Shown here: piece after piece, positions 36,791 through 50,364 of the stretch
Position numbering within the stretch: the stretch's first letter is position 1
Layout: each line of letters begins with the position of its first letter
Source: Zootoca vivipara
Lineage: Eukaryota
NCBI RefSeq assembly: GCF_963506605.1
Contig: NC_083278.1
Span: 54,064,001-54,128,000, forward strand
DNA length: 64,000 bases
Direction: 5' to 3'
Translations under genes and position numbers: made by a program
The notes under the pieces: model-generated
Database searches by the model: none
What the model was told of the DNA's origin: nothing
Seen by the model: only the letters and a program-made list of their open reading frames with translations

Positions 36791-38235
36791 CAAAATGTAT
36801 TGAGGAAGTATGATCTTGTGAACTGAGGCCTTTCCACAAAGCATCCATTGTGACATCTGGGGTTTCTCAGCTGTTGCCACCCAGTTGAGAGGACTGACCT
36901 GGTTCAGTACACCCAGTACACCCAGTGTGAAAGCCAAGGCTAATAGAGGAAAGGCTCCATACTTCTAAAATTCAGCATTATACAGCCTTTCATCAGACGT
37001 CTAGGGTAGGAATGGAAAGTGTATACTGTATAGTAGAGCTTCTGTGGCCAACAGCCCTAAGGGACAAAAGACCCTGAACTGAAAGCAAATGCAGGGCTCC
37101 CAGCCCTTATTTTTCACTTTTGTTTTGAAGTGCCCTTTCCTTTCATATTAATCAGGAGAGATGCTGCAGCCGTGACATCTCTGCCACTTGTGTCTTTCCA
37201 GGTAGGGCTCTATAGCTGTTCCCCCACAGAATAGTCGCACAGGTACTTCCTCCATGATTGCATCTATCCCTTGGGATCCAAGTCACAGATGTCTTGCAAC
37301 ACATTTGAATCAATCTGTCTCCAAGTGAGCGGTGGCCTCTTTCTTTCCATGTCTCCTTGGGTATTAAGGGAGCAGTCTCATTGATCTTCCCTTTGTCCTT
37401 ATTTTTCTTCTGTTTGCTTTGTTCTCCTTGAATGATGATGCCAGTAAGTATTAGCTTCTTTTGAGGCAACTGGTATGCAGGTCCTGGCTAATGGTGCTAT
37501 TAATATTGTCATCCCCACTGGCTAGCAAAGGTGAAACACTGCTGTACTTGTACTTTCTTGTATAGAAAGGTTGCAGAGTAGTCTATTATTCAACGTCCTT
37601 GATCCTGAGGAAAGTCCTCTACTTGATTTATTTGAAAAGGGGCAAAGGGTACCTCTGAGCTACTAACATCAGGTCCAGATCAATCCCAATGTGAAATTTG
37701 TTAGGAACCAAATCCCATATGGTCCATATGGTCTATAATGCACAGCAAACCACACTTTGAAATTTTCATGTTGTAAACCACCTTGAGCAGGGTTTGAACT
37801 GTGGAAAGACGGCATACAAATAAAATTGTGTGTGTGTGTGTGTGTGTGGTGAATGATGTGGGCAATCAATCCACTCAAGGAAATATTGAAAATTTCAGTC
37901 TATTTCAGGGACCAAATTGGCTGAAGAAAAGACTCAAAAAATATATATTATAAAGATGGGACCATTTTTAAATAATTCAGTTTTTGCTCTTTCTTAAGTC
38001 CCAAATGGGAAACAGTGTGAATCATTTATTGCATTAGCCGTATGGCCATAGCACAAGTACAGACAGGCAACTGTCGCACAACAATAAAACTACAACAAAT
38101 ACAATTAGAACATTAAATATAAAATCCAAGTAAATGCAACTGGTTGGGTGAAGGTGAAACAGTGTGCCTTGTGCCACACAACAAAAATTGAGTATGTAAC
38201 TTAACTTATTAAGCCACACACCCCCAATCCCATTA

Positions 38236-38494
38236 CAGTCATACCTTGTTTTGTGGCTGGGATCTGTTCTGGAGCCCTGGCCACTAGCTGGAAAGGATGC
38301 AGGGCAAAGTGCTGCGTCTGTGCACATGCGTGGATCGGTTTGTGCTTCTGCGCATGAGCAAAGTGTGATTTAGCACTTCTGTGCATGTGCGAGTGGCAAA
38401 CCCGGAAGTAACCCATTCCGGTACTTCCGGGTTTGCCGTGGACGTTCGCTGGAATGGACACTAGACAAGGTGGACGTTTGCGGAGGCATTACTG
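38236..38494. mobile_element. Tigger/pogo-like MITE
   Basis: TA-CAGTCATACCT ... GAGGCATTACTG-TA ends; internal perfect 16-bp hairpin at 38395-38437. Confidence 0.7.
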
Positions 38495-39509
38495 TAGTGC
38501 CATCAGAGCTTAGAAATGTTTTCGCTCCTCTGCATAGTCTCATAACCCTCAGATAGCTTTGTTGAATGTTGTCAAATAAACATTCTTGTCCAAAAATGCA
38601 GAGCACCAGTAACTACCACTGAATTACCACAAACTACCTTCTGTTAGTATGTAGTTATACAACATATGCCAGTGTGAAATCTTTTTCATTCATATATACG
38701 AGAATGATTTTACATTGGTATGTATCAGGAGTTTAGCACCTTGAGACCAAGAACCAAATACTTCTTTATTGAGCTCTAAGGATTCTTGTGAAGGCTGCAT
38801 TACTTCTTCCCAGTCCTTACCCCTTACCAGTCTTCTTATGCATCCTCATGTGCTTTTACTTGGACAGAACGTAAGAGTCTGATCTGTTGCCTCACCAATA
38901 TTTTGCCCTTGGTTCCATCCACTTTTTCCTTCTATCTCCTGCCACCATCAGCATATAAGCTGTGGACGCTTCCCTGCAAGAGAATATGGTCCTAACCCCT
39001 GCCATGTATGTCATTATTTTTATTTAAAAGTATATAAAATGAGTTTAGAATATAATTGTGCTATTTAAAAGATGGCACTTGTGTTTGCAAAACCTAGTCA
39101 GACTTCCAGTGACAGGTGCAGTTTTATAGACTAATTTGTCTCCTCTCCAAACACCTTTGAAGAAACATTTCGGCCAATACATGATTGTCTTCTGAAACCA
39201 GTGCATGGACTTTTAAAGCAATTAGGCTTAGGCTTTATTAACGTTCCAGAGAATGGATTCCTACAAAGAATAGTTCTCCTACGCATCCTCATCCCTTACG
39301 CTTTGTGAATATGAAGGCACCATTTTCCCACATCTTTTCTGTCACAATACTGTCTTGCCTGTCCATACTATATTTCAGCACAGCCTCCAGATTGCAAAAA
39401 AGGACTGGCTGTATCTATTTTGGCTTTAGTTCTTCTTAGTAGCACAACGACTGCTTTAAGTTATTGGGATTATGCAAACAAGGAGCTTTTGTGGTTGTTA
39501 TCATCAAGT

Positions 39510-39868
39510 TGGTGCTGGAGGAGACTCTTGAGAGTCCCATGGACTGCTAGAAGATCAAACCTATCCATTCTTAAGGAAATCAGCCCTGAGTGCTCCCTGG
39601 AAGGACAGATCGTGAAGCTGAGGCTCCAATACTTTGGCCACCTCATGAGAAGAGAAGAATCCTTGGAAAAGACCCTGATGTTGGGAAAGATGGAGGGCAC
39701 TAGGAGAAGGGGACGACAGAGGACGAGATGGTTGGACAGTGTTCTCGAAGCTACGAACATGAGTTTGACCAAACTGCGGGAGGCAGTGCAAGACAGGAGT
39801 GCCTGGCTGCTATGGTCCATGGGGTCACGAAGAGTCGGACACGACTAAACGACTAAACAACAACAACA
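39510..39868 (+). mobile_element. RTE-BovB 3' fragment
   Basis: WCWRRLLRVPWTARRSN...LQYFGHLMRR; (CAA)n tail; TSD ATCATCAAGT at 39500-39509 and 39869-39878. Confidence 0.95.
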
Positions 39869-40598
39869 ATCATCAAGTATCATTTAGCATATACTGAGTC
39901 AGACAATTGCTCAGTATTGCTGTCAATGACTAGCTGGAGTTTGCCATGGTTTCAGACAATTTCTTACATATTCTTATAGTTTTAAAATATATTTCATTCT
40001 CTTCCCATTAATGCCATCAAGTTGTGCTAGCTGGGGTTGGTGGGAATTATAGTCCAAAACATTTCGAGGGCACAATATTGAGGAAAGCTGCCTAGACTGA
40101 GTTTGTTGAGAATATAACATGACATCCATTCTTATAACATGGAACCTGTTGTGAGCATATAGATCAGATATTTAATGTTTCCTTCTATGAATCAAAATAG
40201 AGAGAACTTTAGAAGAAAAATGGTGGCTAGAGCAATAATTTGTAAGAAATAAAAGATGCCAAAGAATCGATAGGAGCTGCATCAAGCTTGCTTGGCAGCC
40301 ATATCATTCATATGATCCCTGAGAAAGTTGTAATTGACCTACATCAATGAATGAAGTTTTTCAAAGTATTGCTATAAAGATTAACCATCTGGGGAAGCTT
40401 CTAGAATTATATTTGGACAAAACTAAATGGAGTATGGATTTCTGAAAGTGGAGAAGAAACAAAAGACATGTCCCCTCCCCACCTGGTATATAAATACTAG
40501 GAAGATATATTTGTCTTTTCAGAGCTTTGTTAGAAATGCAACATGCTATGGCTTCCTTCCTAGTCCATGGCCATATAGAATCAGAGGACAGAGTATGG

Positions 40599-40734
40599 CA
40601 GGCATCCCCAAACTGCGGCCCTCCAGATCTTTTGGCCTACAATTCCCATGATCCGGAGCTAACAGGACCAGTGGCCAGGGGTGATGGGAATTGTAGTCCA
40701 AAACATCTGGAGGGCTGAAGTTTGGGGATGCCTG
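40599..40734. mobile_element. hAT MITE, CAGG-ended family
   Basis: TIR CAGGCATCCCCAAACT; 8-bp TSD GAGTATGG/GAGTGTGG. Confidence 0.88.
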
Positions 40735-41391
40735 GAGTGTGGTAGAGCCTCAGTCTTAAGTTTAGAACATCTACGCTCTCCAGAAGCAACCCTTTTCAAA
40801 AATTGTATATTGAAAATGGGCCAAAATCGCCCATGTAACACACATTGAGTAAATACTTTTTCAATAGGTGGTGATGTTTTGTGTCCTTCAACATCACTCC
40901 TTCACTCAAGGTGGGTATTAAATTCCTCTAGTCTCTCCTATCTATTCAGTCATGGTAAGCAAGAATCAAGAACACAGATGCTTACCTGTCACTGAGATGG
41001 TAAACTTCTATTTCAGCTCTACAATTTCAGACTGCAGCTGTTTGCACAGAAAACTGATTCTCCTCTATATGGAAAACACCTACACATATACAAACACCCT
41101 ACACATAGAAAATTTGATTTCAAGGAGAAGGATTCTTGCTAAGCCTTCTTCCTAACATGCTAGATTTCTGCAAAGGAGCATTCCTTTACCTCAGTTTTCA
41201 TTTGCAGGTTGAAGTGGTACATCAGGACCCAAGCTTACTAACTCAGTGACAGCTAGGACTCAATCCATGGTCACTGCAGGAAAAGCATAGGGCCATATAC
41301 AAAATCTGTTACGGTACATATTCCCAAAAGAAAGGGTTTGAACTAAGCAAAACTCACTCCCCATGAATGATGAACTGACTTTTCGGCAATA

Positions 41392-41447
41392 TTAGGGGGT
41401 TGGACTGGATGGCCCTTGTGGTCTCTTCCAATTCTATGATTCTATGA
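41392..41447 (+). mobile_element. CR1 LINE 3' stub
   Basis: GGGGGTTGGACTGGATGGCCC...ATTCTATGATTCTATG, the CR1 octamer tail. Confidence 0.8.
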
Positions 41448-43932
41448 ATTTATTTTTGTGTTCAGCGTTACATGAATGGCATGGTTATTTTTTGTTGTGT
41501 GAATTTTGTGGATAAATGCTTTTAGTGTATTTGCTTCATTCTGAAGGATTGTTATTGTATATTTTGTCTATTGTCCTTGAAAAGCACTCCAGGAGTCCTT
41601 CTGGCAGCATGAAGCTGTAGTAATGGGAAATTATAGTGCTAAACACTGTCTCCTGTTATTATAGGTTGGAGTTAAGACTTCATCCTTTTAGCTTATTCTT
41701 GTAGGTACTTTCATTTTCCTATGCAGATGGGTGTTTATTGATGAACAGGTTAACAGCCTTTATTTCTGGGCCAACAAAGTGAGCAACCCTGCTGTATCTA
41801 TATTGTATTTGCACTGTTTTCATTTACTGTTTTTCAATGTTCTAAAAGCAAGAAGGGGGAGGAGGGGGCAGTGAAAGGCGGGGGGTCATGTCTGTAATAA
41901 ACAACTGGGAGAGTAAGGGAAGGTCTTGGTGAGGAAAAGAAGGCTCTGTCTGGCAGTCCTAGCCCTCCAGTGACAGAGGGGGACAGAGGATAAGGATGGA
42001 TCAGGGAAGGGGGCAGTGGAATTGAATGGGGTAAATGTAGCATTTGGAGGACTGAAGGGGTATATAGGAGGTAGAGAGGGGGGAGGGAGCTTTAGAGCTT
42101 TGGTGACAAATGTAAAGAAAAAGAGAAGGAAGGGGAAGATCGAAGTGGATGGGGTTAACGAGGGCACTAGCCGTGCTCTGGAAGAGCAAGAGGGTGCATT
42201 GAGCGAAATGAAGGGGATCCCTTTTTGGTAGACTCAAACTTCTCTCTCTTCCATTCCTCAGCTGTGTTGTGCAAGAAAGAGAAATGATGTAGAGCCCTCA
42301 AATATTCCATAGCACTTTGCATAGTGTATTTCACCCCTGGTACCATGGGTTGTCTTCAACATGAAGTTCCAGACTCAGTGTACTAATCTGGAACAGATGC
42401 CACACTGTGTGCAAGATGGAATTGAGAAAAAGGAGGAGGGAGGGGAAAGGGGTTGCAAAGGTGGATGCCAAAAAGGAAGTAGGAGGGATTAGTAATGAGA
42501 GTGAAAGTAGGAGTAGAAAAGGGGCTGCAGAATAGAAGGGGATTGTGATTTCATTATTCAGCCAAAGGTGAAAAGGGTGTTTAGTAGATGCAATGTGTGG
42601 AAGGAGGAAAATGCAGGCGGTTGCCATGGGATGGTCTGTATGTAAGAGGGGGTTGCAGAAAAGGAGGGGAAGGAAAGGCATGGATGTGGGGAGAACATGA
42701 AAACAGGTGCACAGCAGGTCTGCAGAACAGAAGAGAAATGTGGCTTCAAAAATAGGGTTGGGAAGGTGAAAGGGGGATTTTAGTAGCTCCATGGGGTGGG
42801 AAGGGGAAGCTCTAGGGGGTTAATGTGGGGAAATGGCAGAGGGCTGGTGAGTGGAGCTGGCAGGGAAAACACACACATACCCCAGCATTTAAGAACTTAA
42901 CAAAAACAATATGTGAAATGAATTGAACTGAATTGTTTATGAAATAACTGTCAAAAGCGAACATTGTTGGTTGGAAATTCAGTTCATTGGGTATCCAGAT
43001 TCTATTATGCTAACATAAATCTCATATGCTGAGAACAAATGGGATAAGACTGATAAAGCACATTTATGTGCTTAAAAATAACCATAATTATTGTGATGTT
43101 AGACCAAGGGGTTTAGGACAAAACAGAAAATGACGTAGAAACAACTTTGATGAGGAGGAGCTGATGGTTAAAAGGTTCAGGGAAGAGTTTTAGATTCACA
43201 TAAGTATTTTCTCCACTGCATCTGAAGGAGTGAAATTGTAACAATATTAACCTCTGATATTGACATACTTTAACAAATGAGCAGTGATAAAGAGGGAAAG
43301 GATAAAAGAACTTATGGAAACAATGCTGCCAAGCTCTGCTGGTTTCATTATAGACAATCAATTTTCTACTGTCCTGCTAGCCTAACATATTATTTAATGC
43401 TTCTGATACTTTACAAAACAAGTCACTTTTTTCTTCTTAGAATTATTTCATACATTTCCAAACTCTGGGTGAAACTCAGAATGTTGCACAACACAGAGAA
43501 GTGTTGTGGATTGTTTATCTACTGATCTCCAAGCTCTGATTTCCAGGTGTTAGAAACAAACAAGAAAGAAAGAAAGGGTAGTTATCACCCATTTCCCCCA
43601 GCTTCTGATCTTCTGAGGGCATCTGGCATGGAAGACAAGATTAACTTTTCTCAGGGTGCATTCAGACCTAGGAGGGTTGTGTGTGTACAGATTAGTGTGT
43701 ACACAGCCATTGTTTGTTTGTTTTTCATTTCACCATAATCCACATTGAGATGGGTTGCAACTGCATACATACTAGCTAGCTATATGAATCAGGCCTGAAA
43801 TGGAACAGTGAGGACAACTGTTCTCATGCAAATTAATAGACACAAACAAGAGCTGTTAAGTACCGGTACCTAATTATTGCAGTCTCTTTCTTCTTTCCCC
43901 TCTGACCTCATTGTTACAATCCCCTCCTCCTG

Positions 43933-43936
<4 letters not shown>

Positions 43937-43963
<27 letters not shown>
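43937..43963. repeat. (GT)n microsatellite
   Basis: Direct read. Confidence 0.95.
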
Positions 43964-43964
<1 letters not shown>

Positions 43965-44915
43965 CACGTGCACGCGTGTACCTGCAACTACATGGACAGA
44001 GCAATTTAGGTCCATTCAGTATAATTTTCACTGGTGCAATCATAGATCCATTCTGGTGTGTGGGTGTGTGCGTGCATGCTTGGTTTTTCTGAAGTTTTCA
44101 AAATAACACACCAAAATCTGCATGTAAATTGTACATATTTTGTAAACAGTCTCCCCCTAACATTCAACTTATGGTGTATTTCAGTGCTTTTCAATGCATT
44201 TTCATCTGAGGTATGCATTTTTAATGCAGTTCTTACTTAAAATGCATATTTATGTGCACACTTGTTGGTAGTGAAATAGCAAAATCTGGGGAAGGTCATA
44301 ATCCAACTGGAATTTGCTCTGCAAGTGAGGTTGATAATGCTAAATTGGGTTGGTCCAGTGTGAAAAGCGTCCTGAATAAATTTCTCTTTTATTCCTACTT
44401 TCAACTCAGGATAATGCTTCATGCACCTGGTGAAGTCAACTGTAGTCCATGAAAATATATCCCATACTATATGTGTTAGTCTAAGGTACCACAAGATTTA
44501 TTGTTTTTGCAGCAGAATAGGATGGCTACCTACCCATCTCGAACTAGAAAAGGATTTGTGTTTCTAACACATTTTGTACCCTGATAAATATATAGCTTTA
44601 ATCAGTAAAACTCTAAACTCATTCTGTGTTTGTTTTCATCAGTCTCAAAATAGCACACCCTGTTTTCTTACTTATTGAAAACAAAACAGCATTATTTTTT
44701 TCTGCACATTTTCTTCATCTCTTTTTAATATGATAGGCAGTAGCAACCCACATGGTTTTTGTTGCTGTTTCAGTGCATCAGATACTATAACAACATGAGT
44801 GCCCATAGTAAAGAAAATCCATATGGGATGCTGCAACAAGGTGAGCAAATTAGCCCAAGGTCAGTGAGGGCAAAGAATAAGAACATGGCAGGAGAAAACA
44901 AAATTATTAATTCGT

Positions 44916-44917
<2 letters not shown>

Positions 44918-44958
<41 letters not shown>
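44918..44958. repeat. (GA)n microsatellite
   Basis: Direct read. Confidence 0.95.
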
Positions 44959-44964
<6 letters not shown>

Positions 44965-45763
44965 ACACATGCTCAGGTAATGATTTGTTTAAAAAAGAAT
45001 TTGGCTGTGTGAAATCTGTTACTATGGAGAAAAAAGCACAAAAATCAAATTATCACTGATGAAGCTATTGCTACAATCCTAAATGTTTTTACTAGGGAGT
45101 AAGCCCAACTAGTCACGGTGGAACTTAAAATGTATGACTACCTGTTGGTGAATCTGGGTTTGGTGCTGTCCTTTAGCTGAAGCCCCGCACCTAGAAACCA
45201 AATGAATGTCTGGCTTTTGTTACAGCAAAATCTCTCTCCTCCCTCCGTTGTGAACTGCTCTGTCTCTTTTCTCCGCCGCCCCCCTTTTTGAACTGCTCTT
45301 TTAAAGATAAATAATACATGCTTTTGTATTGTGAAGAACTGCAGTTCTAAGTTAACTGGTATTGAAGGTGTACTGTTGCAAGGCAGACTTTAAACTTCAG
45401 GCCAAAAAAATGTTAGTATAATAATAATAACTCTTAATAGGGATCATTGCAGTGAAAAGCAGTTAAAGGAAATTAGGTATCTTTTGTTGGAGGTGTAATT
45501 TAGGAACTACAGACACTTAACTTGCAGCCTACCTAATGGCATCTATATCTTCTGGTTCTATTCATGGCAGCTGCTAATTTCTGAGAAAAAGAAAAATGCT
45601 GGCCATTCATTGAAGGTACTGCTGTTTGTCTTGAGCTTTGCACAAATTTGCAAAATAGGTTTTCAGTGAAGAATCTCTATATTTTGCTGTAAGCAACAAA
45701 CCTAGGAGTGCTCTCCTTTCTGTGGTTGGTGCACAGAAGGATTCTGAACAAGGACACATTAGG

Positions 45764-46550
45764 TTGTTGTTGTTGTTTAGTCGTTTAGTCGTGTCCGACT
45801 CTTCGTGACCCCATGGACCATAGCACGCCAGGCACTCCTGTCTTGCACTGCCTCCCGCAGTTTGGTCAAACTCATGTTCGTAGCTTCGAGAACACTGTCC
45901 AACCATCTTGTCCTCTGTCGTCCCCTTCTCCTAGTGCCCTCCATCTTTCCCAACATCAGGGTCTTTTCCAAGGATTCTTCTCTTCTCATGAGGTGGCCAA
46001 AGTATTGGAGCCTCAGCTTCACGATCTGTCCTTCCAGGGAGCACTCAGGGCTGATTTCCTTCAGAATGGATAGGTTTGATCTTCTTGCAGTCCATGGGAC
46101 TCTCAAGAGTCTCCTCCAGCACCATAATTCAAAAGCATCAATTCTTCGGCGATCAGCCTTCCTTATGGTCCAGCTCTCACTTCCATACATCATTACTGGG
46201 AAAACCATAGCTGTAACTATACGGACCTTTGTCGGCAAGGTGATGTCTCTGCTTTTTAAGATGCTGTCTAGGTTTGTCATTGCTTTTCTCTCAAGAAGCA
46301 GGCGTCTTTTAATTTCGTGACTGCTGTCACCATCTGCAGTGATCAAGGAGCCCAAGAAAGTAAAATCTCTCACTACCTCCATTTCTTCCCCTTCTATTTG
46401 CCAGGAGGTGATGGGACCAGTGGCCATGATCTTGGTTTTTTTGATGTTGAGCTTCAGACCATATTTTGCGCTCTCCTCTTTCACCCTCATTAAAAGGTTC
46501 TTTAATTCCTCCTCGCTTTCTGCCATCAAGGTTGTGTCATCTGCATATCT
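45764..46550 (-). mobile_element. RTE-BovB LINE, 5'-truncated at the RT YADD motif, frame open to the stop
   Basis: RYADDTTLMAESEEELKNLLMRVKEES...VHGVTKSRTRLND; (CAA)n tail; TSD ACACATTAGGT at 45754-45764 and 46558-46568. Confidence 0.96.
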
Positions 46551-46602
46551 ACACATTACACATTAGGTACCCGAGCATTAGAGTTAAACTATACAGCAAT
46601 TG

Positions 46603-47330
46603 TGTCATGAACTGGCAGGCCTATGGGGAGGAGGAGGAGGAGGATCCCAGCATAGCTGCCAAGTTATCCCTTTTTTAAAGGGATTTTCTCTTATGCTGAA
46701 TAGGCTTCCTCGCGAGAAAAGGGAAAACTTGGCAGCTATGGATCCCAGTGAGGGGTATAGCCAGGATAGGGACAGACTGGGACAAACTGGGGATGAGGAA
46801 GGAGAGGTTGGTGTAGGAAGTACTTACAGGGTGACAGAGTATGATAAGGTGATGGAGGTTAGTGCACAGGAAACAGAGCAGCAGGACCCATCACCAGAGC
46901 CAGAGGGGTGCCTGTCTCCATGAACACGGTGGGCTCTGAGGTGTAGGGAGCAGTGGGTGGGGTGCTCCAGGAGGCAGAGGCATGCAAGGGCCCACAGTCC
47001 ACTTCACTAGCTTGCCAGGTGAGGCTTGCTAGCTCTGGGAGGAGGCATGTGATTCTTCAGCTGGAGTGGGCTTGGAGCAGGTGAGGCTCACATGCCTCAT
47101 CAAGCCCAGGTGCTGCAATCAGCAGGCATAGTAAAAAGGACAGCAGAGTTCAGGTGCTGTGTATGCTCATGCTGAAGGACTATAGCTTCGATGCTGCAGG
47201 ATCTCTCCAGAACTGTGCTTCAGTTTGGACATGTGGGTTGACCCTGGATGGGGAACTTGGCATACTGACTTGCTGCCAGGTAGGCCAGGGCTTCAGGATA
47301 TATTGGTGGTGAAAGAGGGTGAACTGTGGG
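46603..47330 (+). mobile_element. Possible Gypsy-type solo-LTR-like sequence
   Basis: Starts TGTCATG; GC- and purine-rich block in an AT-rich background; AGCAATTGTG repeated at 46595-46604 and 47331-47340. Confidence 0.35.
46651..46740. mobile_element. 90-bp hAT MITE, copy 3
   Basis: 15-bp TIR; exact TSD GATCCCAG at 46643-46650 and 46741-46748. Confidence 0.92.
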
Positions 47331-48624
47331 AGCAATTGTGATGGACACATTATGGCCTAGTCCAAATCAGTGTCCCCAATCTCCCAACCCACTGTTATTG
47401 TTAACTATGGCTAGGTAAGAGCCAGCATTTACAATTAGAGTTAGAAATAGGTTGTCCTTAATGTTGCTGAATTATAACTCTGAACTATGGAGATTGTCTT
47501 TGGAGAAGAGTGGTGTAGGGTAAATTTGCATGCAAGAGGGAAGGTAAGGGTACACTACTACACCATGACTGACAGATGAGAATGTGATTTCACTGGACAC
47601 CTGTGTCCAAATGCAATAAACTGGATGGAAGTATTTGGAAGTTCATAACAGTGTACAAATTACATCCCCAGAATGCATACATTGAGAAATTAAAATGGGA
47701 TTTATTTATGAAGATGAGCACCGTTTGGGCAGATGTGTGGCAAATTAAGGGTGATAGTGAATTAACTTCAGCATAAGTAGTCAGATTCTAACATTCACCC
47801 AATTTAATTAGTTAACTAAAGTCTGGAATCCTGCACAAATCTTTATGGGGGTAAGGTCCATTCAGCTCAATGGAGCTTACTTCTGAGTAGACAAATGTAG
47901 GACTACACTTTAAATAAATACCGGTAAATCTGGAAACATATATATCAATGGGGCTGAGAATAGACATTTTCGTCTGTGTGTGTTTCTTAGCCTATATTAC
48001 TGTAGTCAGGAATGAAAAAGACAATGTTTTAGCTGTTTCCTACCTCATTTTAATTTGTGTGAACAGCCTTATATATTGAGATTTTAGGTGGTTGGCACCA
48101 TTATTTAAACGGAATTGAGTAACTGGTTAAAAGGCATATGATTAATCAACTAAAATGTTTTAATTGATTTGTCAGCCTTAGTTTCCTGACATTTATTTAG
48201 TGATTGCATTGCACTGATACAGTATGCTTTTAGAAACTAAATTGAATTAATGAAGCAATTTGTGAATACAGTTCATGTTCTATAAACCTTTATTTACCCA
48301 TGCCTCTCTATAATTTACAATAGAGATTTCCCTAGGTGAAAGCAGGCATTATTCCACAAAATGGTTGTCGTGTTTCTTTTTTTACTTTATCTAAAATATT
48401 TATAGCTTGCTTTTCTTTACCAAACATGCATCCCAACATTGGATAAGTTCTTAAAATACAAACATAAAATAACCTAAAAATAAACATCAGTAAAATCAGT
48501 AAAGCTTCATAACAGCAAATTAGCAGCAATAACTCCTCCAAAGTTCTGGAAGTTTCTGCCAAAAACGGATGATACTGTCAACCTTATTTAATATGGGAAG
48601 GAATTCCTTAATTAGGGTGCTTGT

Positions 48625-49050
48625 ATTGGCTTGTGGGTTGAGTATGCTGCTTTATGGAAGTGTGTTGTGGGCAACTTACAACTACCCTGAGCAACACCTC
48701 AACACTTTCCACATGGGTTGCGTCAAAAAGATTTTGAGTGGCAGAACAAATGCTAGGAATGTTGGTTGGGAGACTGGATGTTCACACTCCTGTTCAATGG
48801 CATCTGTGCTGACTGTTCAATGGCATCTGTGCTGACTTGGTCATGTCCACAGAATGGAATATGACAACATCCCCAAGGATGTGCTCTACGGGGATCTGAC
48901 TTCAGGCACCAGGCCCGTTGGCAGACCAACTCTGCATTACAAAAATGCCTGCAAATGTGACATGAAGGCTGCCAAGATCAAACCTGTCTTGTGGGAATTT
49001 CTTGCAGATAACTGCTGTACCTGGAGATAGTCAGGTCATGTATCCAGGGC
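48625..49050 (+). mobile_element. RTE-clade LINE 3' fragment
   Basis: LLYGS..W, LNTFHMGC, LGHVHRMEYDNIPKDVLYGDLTSGTRPVGRPTLHYK remnants. Confidence 0.75.
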
Positions 49051-49111
49051 AGCAAACATATAGGCAGTAAAACAATACAACTGAATACATCTAAATTATT
49101 TTTAGATAAGT

Positions 49112-49212
49112 TTTTAATGTTTGATGTTTTATAATCTGTTGGGAGCCGCCCAGAATGGCTGGGGAAACCCAGCCAGATGGGTGGGGTATAAATAATAAAT
49201 TATTACTATTAT
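49112..49212 (+). mobile_element. L2 3' UTR stub
   Basis: GGGAGCCGCCCAGAATGGCTGGGGAAACCCAGCCAGATGGGTGGGGTATAAATAA. Confidence 0.85.
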
Positions 49213-49280
49213 ATAGATTAATTTGGTCCAGTACAGCATCATACTCTCTCTCTGTGTGTGTGTGTGTGTGTATGAATATA

Positions 49281-49500
49281 CCGTGTTTCTCATAAGACAC
49301 ATTTATTTTTTCCTCAAAAAAACACACTATGGCTTATTTTCAAGGGATGTCTTATTTTTTTCCTCCTCCTGCCGCGGCCGGCATTGCTGCTGCGCCTATC
49401 ACTATGTCTTATTTTCAGGGTATGGCTTATATTCCTTGAATGCTTAAAAATCCTGCTATGGCTTATTTTATGGGTATGTCTTAAAATATGAGAAACAGGG
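49281..49500. mobile_element. Tc1/mariner-superfamily (Tc2/pogo-like) MITE
   Basis: TA-CCGTGTTTCTCAT ... ATGAGAAACAGGG-TA; repeated TATG(G/T)CTTATTTT subterminal motifs. Confidence 0.75.
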
Positions 49501-50281
49501 TATATATATGATTACATACACACAACACACACACACATCACATATTTTGCAGGACTGTACCATGTTGGTAAAGACCGCTATCAATAAAGTGCAAATAGAA
49601 CAGTTATCCCCAGTTCTGACAGTAAGTTGAGCAGCAAGAACTCATCCAATTAGGCTGAGCAAGGAAAAAAGAGCAAAACCATTAAATGAAGCCAATTGTC
49701 TGCAGGTAGGGAGGAAATATATGCTGAGCTAATTAGGCTGCAGACCTCTGGCGAACTCTGAAGTCAAGTATCACCCATTCTGGTCTGGGATATAATGAAA
49801 ACTGAGAAAAGTAGCTAATTAACTCAACTGTAATAAGAACAGTTATCTCAAGAAAGGGCTATTATAGATATGTATTTGTTTTGTTGACCTCAGAGGCCTA
49901 TGTAGCTTTTCTCTGGAGATAAGAAATATCTATCTTCTCTGAAAACTCAAGACACTATTCACAGGTGTTTTTTTTTTAGTGTAATGGGCCAAACAGCACT
50001 TGTTAAACCCTTTTTATGAAGGATGGTATACTAATAAAAATAATATTTTACGGGAGGGGAGTGGCACTAGCAAGAAATAGGTTGCTATTCTCTAATAGCA
50101 AGCTCTGTGCGTGAAGGGAGACAGAATTGCAGCCAAAGCCGGGCCACAGACAGTCAAGGTGAAGGTATCAGGCAGAACACCAAACTTTGTAGAAATGTAA
50201 GAAAAAATTTTTTGACAGAGGATCCTAAGGGAGCAACCTCTCCTTCCACAAGTTAACAACCCAATGAGCCAGAACACTGTC

Positions 50282-50364
50282 TGCAATCTTAAATCCATTT
50301 ACTTAGGAGTAAGCCCATTGAGGTCAATGAGACTTACTTCTGAGTACACATGTATGGGATTGCA
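50282..50364. repeat. About 85-bp imperfect palindromic interspersed repeat
   Basis: TGCAATC...GAGTAAGCCCATTGA..TCAATGAGACTTACT...GATTGCA; related copies near 6000-6085, 7090-7140, 45070-45125 and 47826-47910. Confidence 0.6.

Noticed and set aside
45777-46556. 259-aa ORF as a functional RT gene
   Set aside because: 5'-truncated BovB; the apparent start lies in flanking TSD-derived sequence and the upstream RT and endonuclease domains are missing.
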